A program made the translations under genes and the position numbers. From contig JAHHHQ010000047.1 of the NCBI GenBank assembly GCA_019359285.1, positions 24,903-88,902 of the forward strand: DNA of 64,000 nt, read 5' to 3'. The notes beneath the pieces are model-generated. The model was not told where the DNA came from. It ran no database searches and worked only from the letters and a program-made list of their open reading frames with translations. The stretch's first letter is position 1. The number at the start of each line of letters is the position of its first letter. The stretch is from Nodosilinea sp. WJT8-NPBG4. GTDB taxonomy: Bacteria > Cyanobacteriota > Cyanobacteriia > Phormidesmidales > Phormidesmidaceae. This document shows positions 1-8,704 of the stretch, one piece after another.

Positions 1-189
1 CTGCGCCCGTCGTCCACCCCGATCAAACAGCGGCACATCTAGCTGGCGCTCTAGGTTTTGCACCTGAAGGCTGACCGCTGGCTGAGACACGTATAGGCTG
101 TCTGCCGCTCGTTTGAAGCTGCCCTCCGCTGCAATAGCTTTGAGAATACGCAGCTGATCGAGGGTAAAGGGAAGGTCAGACATGGGCAT
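1..189 (-). CDS. rbcR: LysR-family transcriptional regulator, N-terminal wHTH part (RbcR/Ycf30-like); the rest lies outside the window
   Basis: Hand translation of the minus strand from ATG at 187-189 gives [63 protein letters not shown]. This is a textbook LysR HTH that closely resembles cyanobacterial RbcR / plastid Ycf30 as I remember them. It is absent from the ORF track because it runs off the window edge. Confidence 0.75.
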   Translation of the reverse strand, partial: MPMSDLPFTLDQLRILKAIAAEGSFKRAADSLYVSQPAVSLQVQNLERQLDVPLFDRGGRRAQ

Positions 190-396
190 TAACCCTAACG
201 TACGATAATCCTGGGCTGCCAACAAACCATGATAGTAATACAGGCTACTCCCCGTGGTGCCACCGCACCACCCCTGGGTAAACTAATGACCCAAGCTCAT
301 GCCTTTTAAGGCCGGTGCTGAATTAAGTCTGTCATCCCTAGATTACTTGGTTCGGGACACTCAACACCAAAATTTAGAGCGAGACCCTAAGGATTT

Positions 397-1185
397 ATGA
401 AACGTCAGGTGATCCAGAATGTCCTGAATTTGCCCGGCATCTCTGGGATGGCGCTCATTGACGGACGCAACCGCCCCTTTTTCTTTGGGCCAGACATTAG
501 CCTCAACTCCCATCAGCAGGATGCCCTCGCCCAAGGTATTCAGCAGGTGGTCGAAACCACTCCCGCCCATTTCGACACTTTTACCTTTCGCTTTGCCAAT
601 CAGCTGGCCCACATCTACAAGCTCGATCAGGGCCTGATTTTGCTGGTGCTGATTACCGACCAGATGCCGCTGGCCGACTATCGTACGGCCATTAGTCAGC
701 TCAAGGCCACCCTGGTAGAAGCTCCCCACAATGCAGTGCCGACCTTTCGGCTATTGGCTGGCTGCGTCACCCTCGGCGGGGCTAGCACGGTCTCTGGGGC
801 TGCAGCCCCTCCGTTGGAGCCTACGGCTCCTAAGCGGGGTACCCTAACTCCAAGCTGCCAGGAGGTCATTGCGGCCCTCAACCACCTCAGCGATGGCGCT
901 ACCCAATACCTGGGAAAAACCATGGTCATCAATACTTGGAAGCAATCTCGCCCGGCTCACCCCTGGCTAGAGCAGTTTGAGATTCAAAAGGATGGCCACT
1001 TTACTGTTGCTGCCGATGGTCAAGCGCCTCTGACGGCAGAACAACATCAGTGGATGAAAGACTGGGTGACAGCCTTTTTGGGTCGCGGCGGCAGAACTAT
1101 CCGCAATTTTCAAACTCTGGCTACTAGCCAAACCCTTACCCCTCAGGAGCAGGGTCTTTTGCTGGAGTCCCCATCCAGTGGCTAG
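397..1185 (+). CDS. Conserved hypothetical protein; the N-terminal ~110 aa may be Roadblock/LC7 (MglB)-like
   Basis: 262-aa ORF with no competing long ORF, divergent from rbcR. The N-terminus (LPGISGMALIDGRNRP...GLILLVLI) is reminiscent of Roadblock/LC7 folds. No catalytic motif recognised. Confidence 0.55.
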   Translation: MKRQVIQNVLNLPGISGMALIDGRNRPFFFGPDISLNSHQQDALAQGIQQVVETTPAHFDTFTFRFANQLAHIYKLDQGLILLVLITDQMPLADYRTAISQLKATLVEAPHNAVPTFRLLAGCVTLGGASTVSGAAAPPLEPTAPKRGTLTPSCQEVIAALNHLSDGATQYLGKTMVINTWKQSRPAHPWLEQFEIQKDGHFTVAADGQAPLTAEQHQWMKDWVTAFLGRGGRTIRNFQTLATSQTLTPQEQGLLLESPSSG

Positions 1186-1278
1186 CTAGGCAGAGGCTTA
1201 AGCGGGGCCCATGGCTGCCGCTATGCGCTTAACCGATGACCAGGCTCTTTCTTCTACATCCTTACCCCCGTTGTACCC

Positions 1279-1764
1279 ATGTCCAAAACTGTTCGCTTAG
1301 AGCCTATCGCCCAAGAGACCTCCGTCGAAACCAACGGCAACCTGCTTTCGGTACTCTTAAACAAAGATTTAGATGTGCTCAAGGAGTGCGGTGGCCGGGG
1401 TATGTGCGCGACTTGCCATATCTACGTACAGTCGGGTATGGAGGCCCTAACTCCGATCAACCGCCGCGAGCAGCGCACCCTAGAGGTCATTACCTCCTGC
1501 AAGCCCAATTCGCGGTTGGCCTGCCAGGCCCGAGTCGTGAACAATGGCGTCATCGTCGAGCTACCGCCGGGGATGTACGTCAATTCGCTCCAGGACATTG
1601 AGGCTCTGATTGGCCGCCGGGCTGACCAGGATCTGCTGCACCCCATTACCGGTGAGGTGCTAGTGGAGCAGGGCAAGCTGATTACGCGATCGACGATGGC
1701 CCAGCTCGAGAGCACCGCTAGTTTCAAGGTGGGCGAATTCTTTAGCCAGAGCAAAGATTTGTAG
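1279..1764 (+). CDS. 2Fe-2S ferredoxin-domain protein with a C-terminal extension
   Basis: Cys pattern CGGRGMCATCH ... LACQA is typical of plant-type/adrenodoxin-like 2Fe-2S binding. 161 aa. Confidence 0.75.
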   Translation: MSKTVRLEPIAQETSVETNGNLLSVLLNKDLDVLKECGGRGMCATCHIYVQSGMEALTPINRREQRTLEVITSCKPNSRLACQARVVNNGVIVELPPGMYVNSLQDIEALIGRRADQDLLHPITGEVLVEQGKLITRSTMAQLESTASFKVGEFFSQSKDL

Positions 1765-1857
1765 GCTTGAGCCTGTAGGCTGCGGGGCAATGCCGAACCC
1801 CAGAAAACATCTGTTATGGTAAGGCAATGCCGTAGTTGAGTTTTATACCAACCCCCT

Positions 1858-2955
1858 ATGGACCCTGCCCCTCCCCTGAGTGCTCGCCATGAGCAGGTGC
1901 TTCAGGCCACCATTCGTCACTACATTGCCACAGCAGAGCCAGTCGGGTCACGGGCCTTAGCCCAGGAATATAACTTGCGGGTCAGCCCAGCTACGGTGCG
2001 CAACACCATGGGCTTGCTCGAGAAATATGGGCTGCTATATCAGCCCCATACCTCTTCAGGGCGAGTGCCCTCTGATTTTGGCTATCGACTCTACGTGGAC
2101 CGGCTGATGTCGCCGTCGGCTCGGGTGGGTCGCCGGGTGGATGCGGCGTTGTCAGAAGAGCTGCGCTGGATGGGCCGTAGTCTGGAGTCGCTGCTGAAGG
2201 AGGCAACCCAGATTTTGGCTCAGATCAGTGGCTACCTGGCTCTGGTAACCGTGCCCCAGGCTAATACCGTACTCATTCGCCATATTCAGCTGGTGGTAGT
2301 AGATGGGGGGCAGGTGCTGATGGTGGTGGTGCTCGACTCGTTGGCGACCCAGTCGGTGGTGGTGCAGTTGCCAGCAGTCCTGGGTTCGGCTACGTCGGGG
2401 GCAGTCGAAGAACCCGGTCGGCGGGAGCTAGAAATTTTGTCTAACTTTTTGACCCACCACCTGCGGGGTCGGCCCTTGGCCGATGTAACTACCCTCAACT
2501 GGGGCGATCTCGATGCTGAATTTGAGCACTACGGAGTGCTGTTGTGCCAAGCATTGGGGAATTTAGCACAGCGATCGCAGGCCGTCGAGACTCCCCAACT
2601 GGTGATCAGCGGCCTAGCAGAGGTGCTGCGCCAGCCCGAGTTTTCTGATGCCCAGCGCATTCAGTCGATCGTGCGGCTGCTGGAAGAAGACCAGTCGCAG
2701 CTGTGGCCATTGTTTTTTGCCACTCCGCCCGTGGCGACTCAGACCCTGAAGGGCGTAGACGTCAAAGTGTGGATTGGAGCTGAAAATCCTTTAGAGCCGA
2801 TGCAGGGCTGTGCTCTGGTGGTGTCTAACTACACCCGCCACGATACCTCTATTGGCAGTGTGGGGGTGTTGGGGCCAACCCGTATGGTGTACGAAAATGC
2901 GGTAGCAGTGGTCAAGGCGGCGGCCGACTACCTATCTACTGCCCTAAGCGAATAG
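1858..2955 (+). CDS. hrcA: Heat-inducible transcription repressor HrcA
   Basis: N-terminal wHTH (RHYIATAEPVGSRALAQEYNLRVSPATVRNTMGLLEKYGLLYQPHTSSGRVPSDFGYRLYVDRL) and overall length (365 aa) match HrcA. Confidence 0.9.
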   Translation: MDPAPPLSARHEQVLQATIRHYIATAEPVGSRALAQEYNLRVSPATVRNTMGLLEKYGLLYQPHTSSGRVPSDFGYRLYVDRLMSPSARVGRRVDAALSEELRWMGRSLESLLKEATQILAQISGYLALVTVPQANTVLIRHIQLVVVDGGQVLMVVVLDSLATQSVVVQLPAVLGSATSGAVEEPGRRELEILSNFLTHHLRGRPLADVTTLNWGDLDAEFEHYGVLLCQALGNLAQRSQAVETPQLVISGLAEVLRQPEFSDAQRIQSIVRLLEEDQSQLWPLFFATPPVATQTLKGVDVKVWIGAENPLEPMQGCALVVSNYTRHDTSIGSVGVLGPTRMVYENAVAVVKAAADYLSTALSE

Positions 2956-2994
2956 GGTATCCCTGAGAGCAGCCCGAGCCAGGAAGGGGAAACC

Positions 2995-3552
2995 GTGATC
3001 ATTACAGAGCTACTGGCTATTTTGTCGATCGCGGCGGCGACGGGGCTGCGGCTGGCGCTGCCGCTGCTGCTGATTGGCCTGCTGTCTGGCCCCCAGCTCT
3101 GGTCTAATGTGCCCCTACTGTCACGATTGCCCCCGGCTCTGGTGTTGGGGGTACTGGTGAGCTGGTCGATGGCCGAGCTGATGCTTTCGAAGAGCAGTGA
3201 CAGCCAGCGCTTTTTTCAGGGTTTGGAGCTGGTCTTGAGCCCTGGTGTCGGGGCTCTGGCAGGGCTAGGGGTGGCTCGAACCTTTGGCCTAGAGGTCTGG
3301 ATCTACCCCCTGATTGGCCTGATCAGCGCCCTGCTGGCCCTGGTGATTCAGCTGTTGCAAATGGGGCTGTTTTTTCGGCCTCGTCGCCCACCCCTATGGA
3401 GCTTTTTTGTAGTTGACGGGCTGTGCATAGTGCTCGCCATACTGGCCTTTGATGCCCCTAACCAGGGGGGCATCATTGCGCTGCTGCTGCTGTGGCTGGT
3501 GATTCGCACCTCGTACCTGTGGCAGCGTTGGCCCCGGCGATCGCGGCCCTAG
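2995..3552 (+). CDS. Integral membrane protein (DUF4126-like)
   Basis: GTG-initiated 185-aa ORF with 5-6 predicted TM helices rich in L/G/A. The DUF4126 assignment is from memory only. Confidence 0.55.
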   Translation: MIITELLAILSIAAATGLRLALPLLLIGLLSGPQLWSNVPLLSRLPPALVLGVLVSWSMAELMLSKSSDSQRFFQGLELVLSPGVGALAGLGVARTFGLEVWIYPLIGLISALLALVIQLLQMGLFFRPRRPPLWSFFVVDGLCIVLAILAFDAPNQGGIIALLLLWLVIRTSYLWQRWPRRSRP

Positions 3553-4712
3553 AGAATGCCCACAAAATGCAGTGGACCGCGCCCGCTAACCAGCTCTAGC
3601 AGCAGGGCCAAAAAGCCCACCATAGCCAGTCGCCCGTTCCACACCTCGGCGACGGGGGTGAGCCCCCAGGCCGATCGCTCTTGGGGATAAATTTTGACTT
3701 TTTTGTCGGGCTGCACTACGTCGGAGAAGAGCTGGCGCGGAGCCTCTAGAGCCTCGGTGACCATGTCGGCCATGTCGGCGATAAAGCGGGGATGGGTGTT
3801 GAGGGCAGGCACGCGGTGAAACCCGTGAATACCTGCTTCTTCGGCAATTTCGCGGTACTCAATGTCGATCTCTTGCAGGGTCTCGATGTGCTCGGAGACG
3901 AAGCTGATGGGGACTACTACTAGGTCTTTCACCCCCTGCTGAGCGAGCTGCTCGATCGCATCTTCAGTGTAGGGCTGGAGCCACTCGACGGGCCCTACCC
4001 GGCTCTGGTAAGCCAGGGTGTGGGGATTGGGGCGGTTGAGCGATCGCATGATCAACTCGGTGCAGTGTTCGATCTCCCGCTGGTAGGGGTCGCCGGCTTC
4101 TTCGACGTAGCTGACAGGCACCCCGTGGGCGCTGAAGAAAATGTGGGCCTGGTCAGGGTTTTCGAGTTTGTCAAGCTCCTGGGCAATCAGGTCGGCCATG
4201 GCCTCGCTGTAACCGGGGCGCTCGTACCAGGAGGGAATAGCGGTGTAGACAATGCGCTGAAGAGCAGGGTCTTCGAGCCACAGCCGCTCCAGCAGACGAA
4301 AGCTGGAGCCACTGGTGCTGATCGAAAATTGGGGATATAGGGGCAGCACCACTAGCTTTTCGACCCCGTCGCGCTTGATTTGAGCCACAGCCTCTTCGGT
4401 GAAGGGGTACCAGTAGCGCATGCCGATGTAGATATTGGCCTCGGTGCCCTTGTCGGCCAGCACCTGCTTGAGGGCGTCGCCCTGCTCTTCGGTGATGCGA
4501 CGCAGGGGCGAGCCACCGCCAATCTGCTGGTAGTTGGCCTGCGACTGTTTAGCGCGCGAGCTCGAAATCAACCAGGCTAGGGGACGCTGGAGCCAGGGGA
4601 AGGGCAGGCGAATAATTTCTGGATCGGCAAACAGGTTAAACAAAAAGGGGCGAACGTCGTCGGGCTGCTCTGGCCCCCCCAGATTTAGTAATAAGACCCC
4701 AACACGACCCAT
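3549..4712 (-). CDS. hemH: Ferrochelatase with a C-terminal CAB/Hlip-type transmembrane helix
   Basis: [37 protein letters not shown]... is canonical HemH. The C-terminus [19 protein letters not shown] is the chlorophyll a/b-binding motif specific to cyanobacterial and plastid ferrochelatases. Confidence 0.95.
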   Translation of the reverse strand: MGRVGVLLLNLGGPEQPDDVRPFLFNLFADPEIIRLPFPWLQRPLAWLISSSRAKQSQANYQQIGGGSPLRRITEEQGDALKQVLADKGTEANIYIGMRYWYPFTEEAVAQIKRDGVEKLVVLPLYPQFSISTSGSSFRLLERLWLEDPALQRIVYTAIPSWYERPGYSEAMADLIAQELDKLENPDQAHIFFSAHGVPVSYVEEAGDPYQREIEHCTELIMRSLNRPNPHTLAYQSRVGPVEWLQPYTEDAIEQLAQQGVKDLVVVPISFVSEHIETLQEIDIEYREIAEEAGIHGFHRVPALNTHPRFIADMADMVTEALEAPRQLFSDVVQPDKKVKIYPQERSAWGLTPVAEVWNGRLAMVGFLALLLELVSGRGPLHFVGIL

Positions 4713-4787
4713 GGCACTGTAGTGGCTCTAAAGTAAGTACTCATACCCCAATTATTCTACAAGCTGAATGAACGGTTTCCGACGTTG

Positions 4788-5960
4788 ATGGCTTCCCCCG
4801 CCGCTTTAGATGACGCGATCGCAGCACTCAACAACCGCCTCAAAGCCGCCCGCATGGGGCTCCAGGTGGAGCGTCGGGGCGATCGCCTCAGCCTGCGAGG
4901 CACCCTACCTCCCCGCCCTGATAGCGCCAAAACTCGGCCTCACCAGCAGCGCATTCCCCTCAAGCTGCCCGCTACCCCAGCCGGGCTCAAGCAGATCGAG
5001 CGCGAGGCTAAAGTGATTGCGGCCCAGCTGATCGAGCGCCGCTTTAGCTGGGCCATCTATTTGGCTCCAGCAGAGGGCCAGCAGGAGACGGTGCCTCTGG
5101 CTGACCAGATCGCCCAGTTTGAGGCCCACCTGATAGCGCAACCCTGCGCTGACGTCGCCGCCATGGCCTCGCGCAAAACCACCTGGGACAAAGCCTATGC
5201 CCCCTACCTCAAAAAGCTGTTGATGCAGGCTGAGCAGCAGCCCCGCCAGCCGCTAGAGGCGACTATCGTAGCGACCCTAGAGACCTTGTCGCCCCAATCT
5301 CGCAGCCGTCAGGTAGCCTGCACGGCCCTCAAAGCCTTTGCTGACTTTCAAGGACTGACACTGCCCGAGGATTTTGAGAAGCTGGCTGGCACCTACGGCA
5401 ACAGCAAGGCCCAGCGACGGCTCTTACCTTCCGATGAGGTCATTGTGGAATGGTGCGATCGCATCCCCAACCCGGCCTGGCGCTATGTATATGGGGTGAT
5501 GGCCACCTACGGCTTACGCAATCACGAAGTCTTTTTCTGTGACTACCAAGACCTCCGCCAAGGCGACCCTGAAGGTCGGATTACGGTGCTCGAAACAACC
5601 AAAACGGGTCTTCACGATGTGTGGCCTTTCTATCCAGAGTGGATCGAGCGCTTTGACCTGCGCCAGGGCACTCTACCGCCCATCAACACCGAGCTGGCTC
5701 ATACCACCCTTCAGCGGATTGGTCAGCAGGTGGCGATTCAGTTTAAGCGCTACGGGGTGCCGTTCTCACCCTACGACCTGCGCCACGCCTGGGCCGTACG
5801 CACCATTCACTTTGGCTTGCCTGACACCGTGGCGGCCCGCATGATGGGGCACTCGGTGGCGATTCACAATCGCACCTACCACCGCTGGATCACCCACCGT
5901 GACCAGCGGACGGCCGTGCAGGCGGCTCTGCAGCGAGGCACCTGGCAGACCCCTTTGTAG
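4788..5960 (+). CDS. Tyrosine recombinase / phage-integrase-family protein
   Basis: C-terminal catalytic region ...YDLRHAWAVRTIHFGLPDTVAARMMGHSVAIHNRTYHRWI carries the R..HxxR..Y signature. ATG at 4788; the track starts at TTG 4785. Confidence 0.8.
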   Translation: MASPAALDDAIAALNNRLKAARMGLQVERRGDRLSLRGTLPPRPDSAKTRPHQQRIPLKLPATPAGLKQIEREAKVIAAQLIERRFSWAIYLAPAEGQQETVPLADQIAQFEAHLIAQPCADVAAMASRKTTWDKAYAPYLKKLLMQAEQQPRQPLEATIVATLETLSPQSRSRQVACTALKAFADFQGLTLPEDFEKLAGTYGNSKAQRRLLPSDEVIVEWCDRIPNPAWRYVYGVMATYGLRNHEVFFCDYQDLRQGDPEGRITVLETTKTGLHDVWPFYPEWIERFDLRQGTLPPINTELAHTTLQRIGQQVAIQFKRYGVPFSPYDLRHAWAVRTIHFGLPDTVAARMMGHSVAIHNRTYHRWITHRDQRTAVQAALQRGTWQTPL

Positions 5961-6254
5961 CGAAGGCAGTAGAGAAAATGAATCCTTAACGATATGCTAA
6001 GAAACATTTAGCTCAGCTAGATCGGCTCTTTAACGCTTAGCGCTATTAGGCGAGTCGCCCAGAGCCTAACAGGGTCGCAATCGTCATCACAAAAAGGGTG
6101 GTGCTTAACGTTGTTGCCTACCGTCAATCTATATAATCCACTGCTCGTAGTAGTTCTATAGACGGAAGCTAATTGGCCTGGCTCTAGGTTGGGCTCAGTT
6201 CGGCTACTGTCTCTCAGCATCGGCAGCATCTACTGTTTTGGCTATGCCCAACCG

Positions 6255-8687
6255 ATGAAAATTCTGCTTGTTGAGGATGACCCCTCTACCCGAGAACTTT
6301 TAGTTTTTCACTTGACTGCGGCACGCTACACCGTGGAACAGGCGGCTGACGGCATCATTGCTCAAGGGCTAGCGGCCCTGTGGAACTACGACCTAATTTT
6401 GCTAGATATCAATATTCCTCGGCTGGACGGTCTTAGCCTATGCCGTCACCTGCGGGGGCAGGGGGTAGCTACCCCGATATTGATGCTTACAGCCCAGACC
6501 GGCGATAAGGATGTGATTACCGGACTTGACGCTGGGGCCGACGAATACGTGACCAAGCCCTTTGAGGTATCTCAGGTGCTAGCCCGGATTCGCGCTCTGC
6601 TGCGGCGGGGGGCGCAAGCGACCACCATTCCGCCGTTGGTGTGGGGGCAGCTGTGCCTTAACCCAACCCTGGCTCAGGTCACCTACAGCGGCCAAGTCGT
6701 GCCCCTAACGCCGAAGGAATACAGCCTGCTCGAGCTGTTTTTGCGCCATCCCCAGCGGGTGTTCAGCCGCAGCGCCATTCTCGACCACCTGTGGACCATC
6801 GACGATTCGCCCACCGAAGGGGCGGTGACGAACCTGGTAAAGGATCTACGCAACCGCCTCAAGCGCAGTGGCGTGGTCGAAAATGTAATTCAGACGGTGT
6901 ATGGGCTGGGCTATCGCCTGCGCGACTTGCCGCCTTTGGTTGAATTAGAGCCAGCCACTAACGGCCTCTACAAGCCTGACGGTGGTGCTCAGGCAGAGAC
7001 TCAGGAATCCCTACTGGTTACCGCGCCCAAGGGCAAGAATTTGGAGACGATCGCAGCTCGGTTTCAGGCGTCGATTCAACAGCGGTTGGCGGTGGTAGAA
7101 GCGGCGGTGCGATCGCTTCAGGCCGGCAACTTACCCCTCCAGCAGCGGGCTATTGCTCAGGATGAGGCCCATCGGCTAGCTGGTGGGCTGGGCACCTTTG
7201 GCTATGACGAAGGCTCGACCTACGCCCGTCAGATCGAGCAGTTGCTGGGCGATCGCCCCTTGCAAACGATAGAGGTCGACCAGCTCTCTCGCCACCTGCT
7301 CGACCTCAAGCAGACATTGGCCTTAACCCCCAAACCGCTATCGACAGAGCTTAGTCAGGCGATCGCGCCGCTTCCTTGCCACCTTGGGGTGGCGCTGTCG
7401 TTGGAGCCCGAGTTGCTCGACCGATTGCAGATTGACGCCGCCAGCCACGGTTGGCACCTCGAACGGGCCACCGACCTGAGCGAGCTTTTGCAGACCTTAG
7501 CCCAGGGCCGAGCGGAGGCGGTGGTGCTTACCCTCGACCAGAGTGCTCCTTTGGCCGAAAAGTTAGCGCCCCTGCGGGAGGTCAAGCATCGGTTTTCGCA
7601 GCTGCCGGTGCTGGTCTTGACCTACCACGACAGTCTAGAAGAACGGGTACAGGTGGCTCGTCTCCAGGGCGATCGCTACCTAGTGGCACCAGCCACCCCC
7701 AGCCAAATTTTCGATACCCTAGCCCACCTCTTGCCGGAAACCCAAGCGCCTGAGGCCCGAGTGATGGTGGTGGACAACGACCCCATCACTCGGGGTGCCA
7801 TTACAGAACTGCTCACGCCCTGGGGTTTACAGGTCATTGGGCTAGGTGACCCTAGCCAGTTCTGGGACATGCTGCGCCAGACGCAGCCCGACTTGCTGCT
7901 GCTGGCGCTCGAAATGCCCACCTTTAGCGGCATGGATCTGTGCCAAGTGGTGCGCCAAGACTCGCGGTTCGGCAACCTGCCCATTCTAATGATGGCAGCC
8001 CATCCCGATACTGTGACCGTGCACCAGGTATTTGAGATGGGGGCCGATGACCTAATCGGTAAACCCATCGTGGGGCCAGAGCTGGTAACGCGGGTACTGA
8101 GCCGGATTGAGCGATCGCGACTGCGCCAGCAAATTGAGCAAATGCGCCATCGCCAGGCCCTCTACTGGACCCAGCAAGAAACCACCGACCCCCTCACCCA
8201 GGTGGCCAATAGCTTACACTTCGACGCCTTTTTGCAGCAGCAGTGGGAGCGCCACTGCCGAGACCAGGCTCCGATCTCGTTGATTTTGTGCAGCCCCGAC
8301 AGCCTGCCTACCTACTATCAGATCTACGGACAGCAGGCAGGCGATGCGGCCCTGCGCCGCATTGCTCGCACCCTGCACCGCACCGTCAACCCCAACATTG
8401 ACTTGGTAGCCCGCTGCGGCGACGATGAATTCGCCATTGTGCTGCCCAACACCAACCTGGATGGGGCGCTGCGGGTTGTCTCCCGCATTCAGCAGGCCGT
8501 TACCGACCTCAAGATTCCTCAGCCCACCCCTGACGAGGGTGACTACATTACCCTAAGCTTAGGCATCGGCGGCACCACCCCCACCGGCAGCCTCTCTAGC
8601 GATCTGCTGCTGAAAACCGCCGACCAGGCCCTCAAGGACGCCAAAGGGCGCGGCGGCAACACCTTTTGCCTCTATCCGATGTGCTGA
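6255..8687 (+). CDS. Multi-domain response regulator: REC, OmpR-type wHTH, HPt, degenerate receiver(s), degenerate GGDEF
   Basis: From ATG 6255: MKILLVEDDP...DLILLDINIPRLDG...KPF is an intact REC (Asp codon 6405-6407). LTPKEYSLLELFL...VYGLGYRL is Trans_reg_C. AHRLAGGLGTFG is an HPt motif (His codon 7170-7172). VMVVDNDP...DLLLLALEMP is a receiver with Ala at the acceptor position (7905-7907). RCGDDEF (8412-8432) replaces RxGGDEF. Confidence 0.85.
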   Translation: MKILLVEDDPSTRELLVFHLTAARYTVEQAADGIIAQGLAALWNYDLILLDINIPRLDGLSLCRHLRGQGVATPILMLTAQTGDKDVITGLDAGADEYVTKPFEVSQVLARIRALLRRGAQATTIPPLVWGQLCLNPTLAQVTYSGQVVPLTPKEYSLLELFLRHPQRVFSRSAILDHLWTIDDSPTEGAVTNLVKDLRNRLKRSGVVENVIQTVYGLGYRLRDLPPLVELEPATNGLYKPDGGAQAETQESLLVTAPKGKNLETIAARFQASIQQRLAVVEAAVRSLQAGNLPLQQRAIAQDEAHRLAGGLGTFGYDEGSTYARQIEQLLGDRPLQTIEVDQLSRHLLDLKQTLALTPKPLSTELSQAIAPLPCHLGVALSLEPELLDRLQIDAASHGWHLERATDLSELLQTLAQGRAEAVVLTLDQSAPLAEKLAPLREVKHRFSQLPVLVLTYHDSLEERVQVARLQGDRYLVAPATPSQIFDTLAHLLPETQAPEARVMVVDNDPITRGAITELLTPWGLQVIGLGDPSQFWDMLRQTQPDLLLLALEMPTFSGMDLCQVVRQDSRFGNLPILMMAAHPDTVTVHQVFEMGADDLIGKPIVGPELVTRVLSRIERSRLRQQIEQMRHRQALYWTQQETTDPLTQVANSLHFDAFLQQQWERHCRDQAPISLILCSPDSLPTYYQIYGQQAGDAALRRIARTLHRTVNPNIDLVARCGDDEFAIVLPNTNLDGALRVVSRIQQAVTDLKIPQPTPDEGDYITLSLGIGGTTPTGSLSSDLLLKTADQALKDAKGRGGNTFCLYPMC

Positions 8688-8704
8688 GTAAACTCGACCT
8701 AGCC

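Noticed and set aside
235-248. GTA-N8-TAC (NtcA-consensus-like) site in the rbcR / 397 divergent region
   Set aside because: It matches only the minimal consensus. The spacing to any plausible -10 element on either strand is off by 5-8 bp. A chance match in ~200 bp of intergenic DNA is not improbable.
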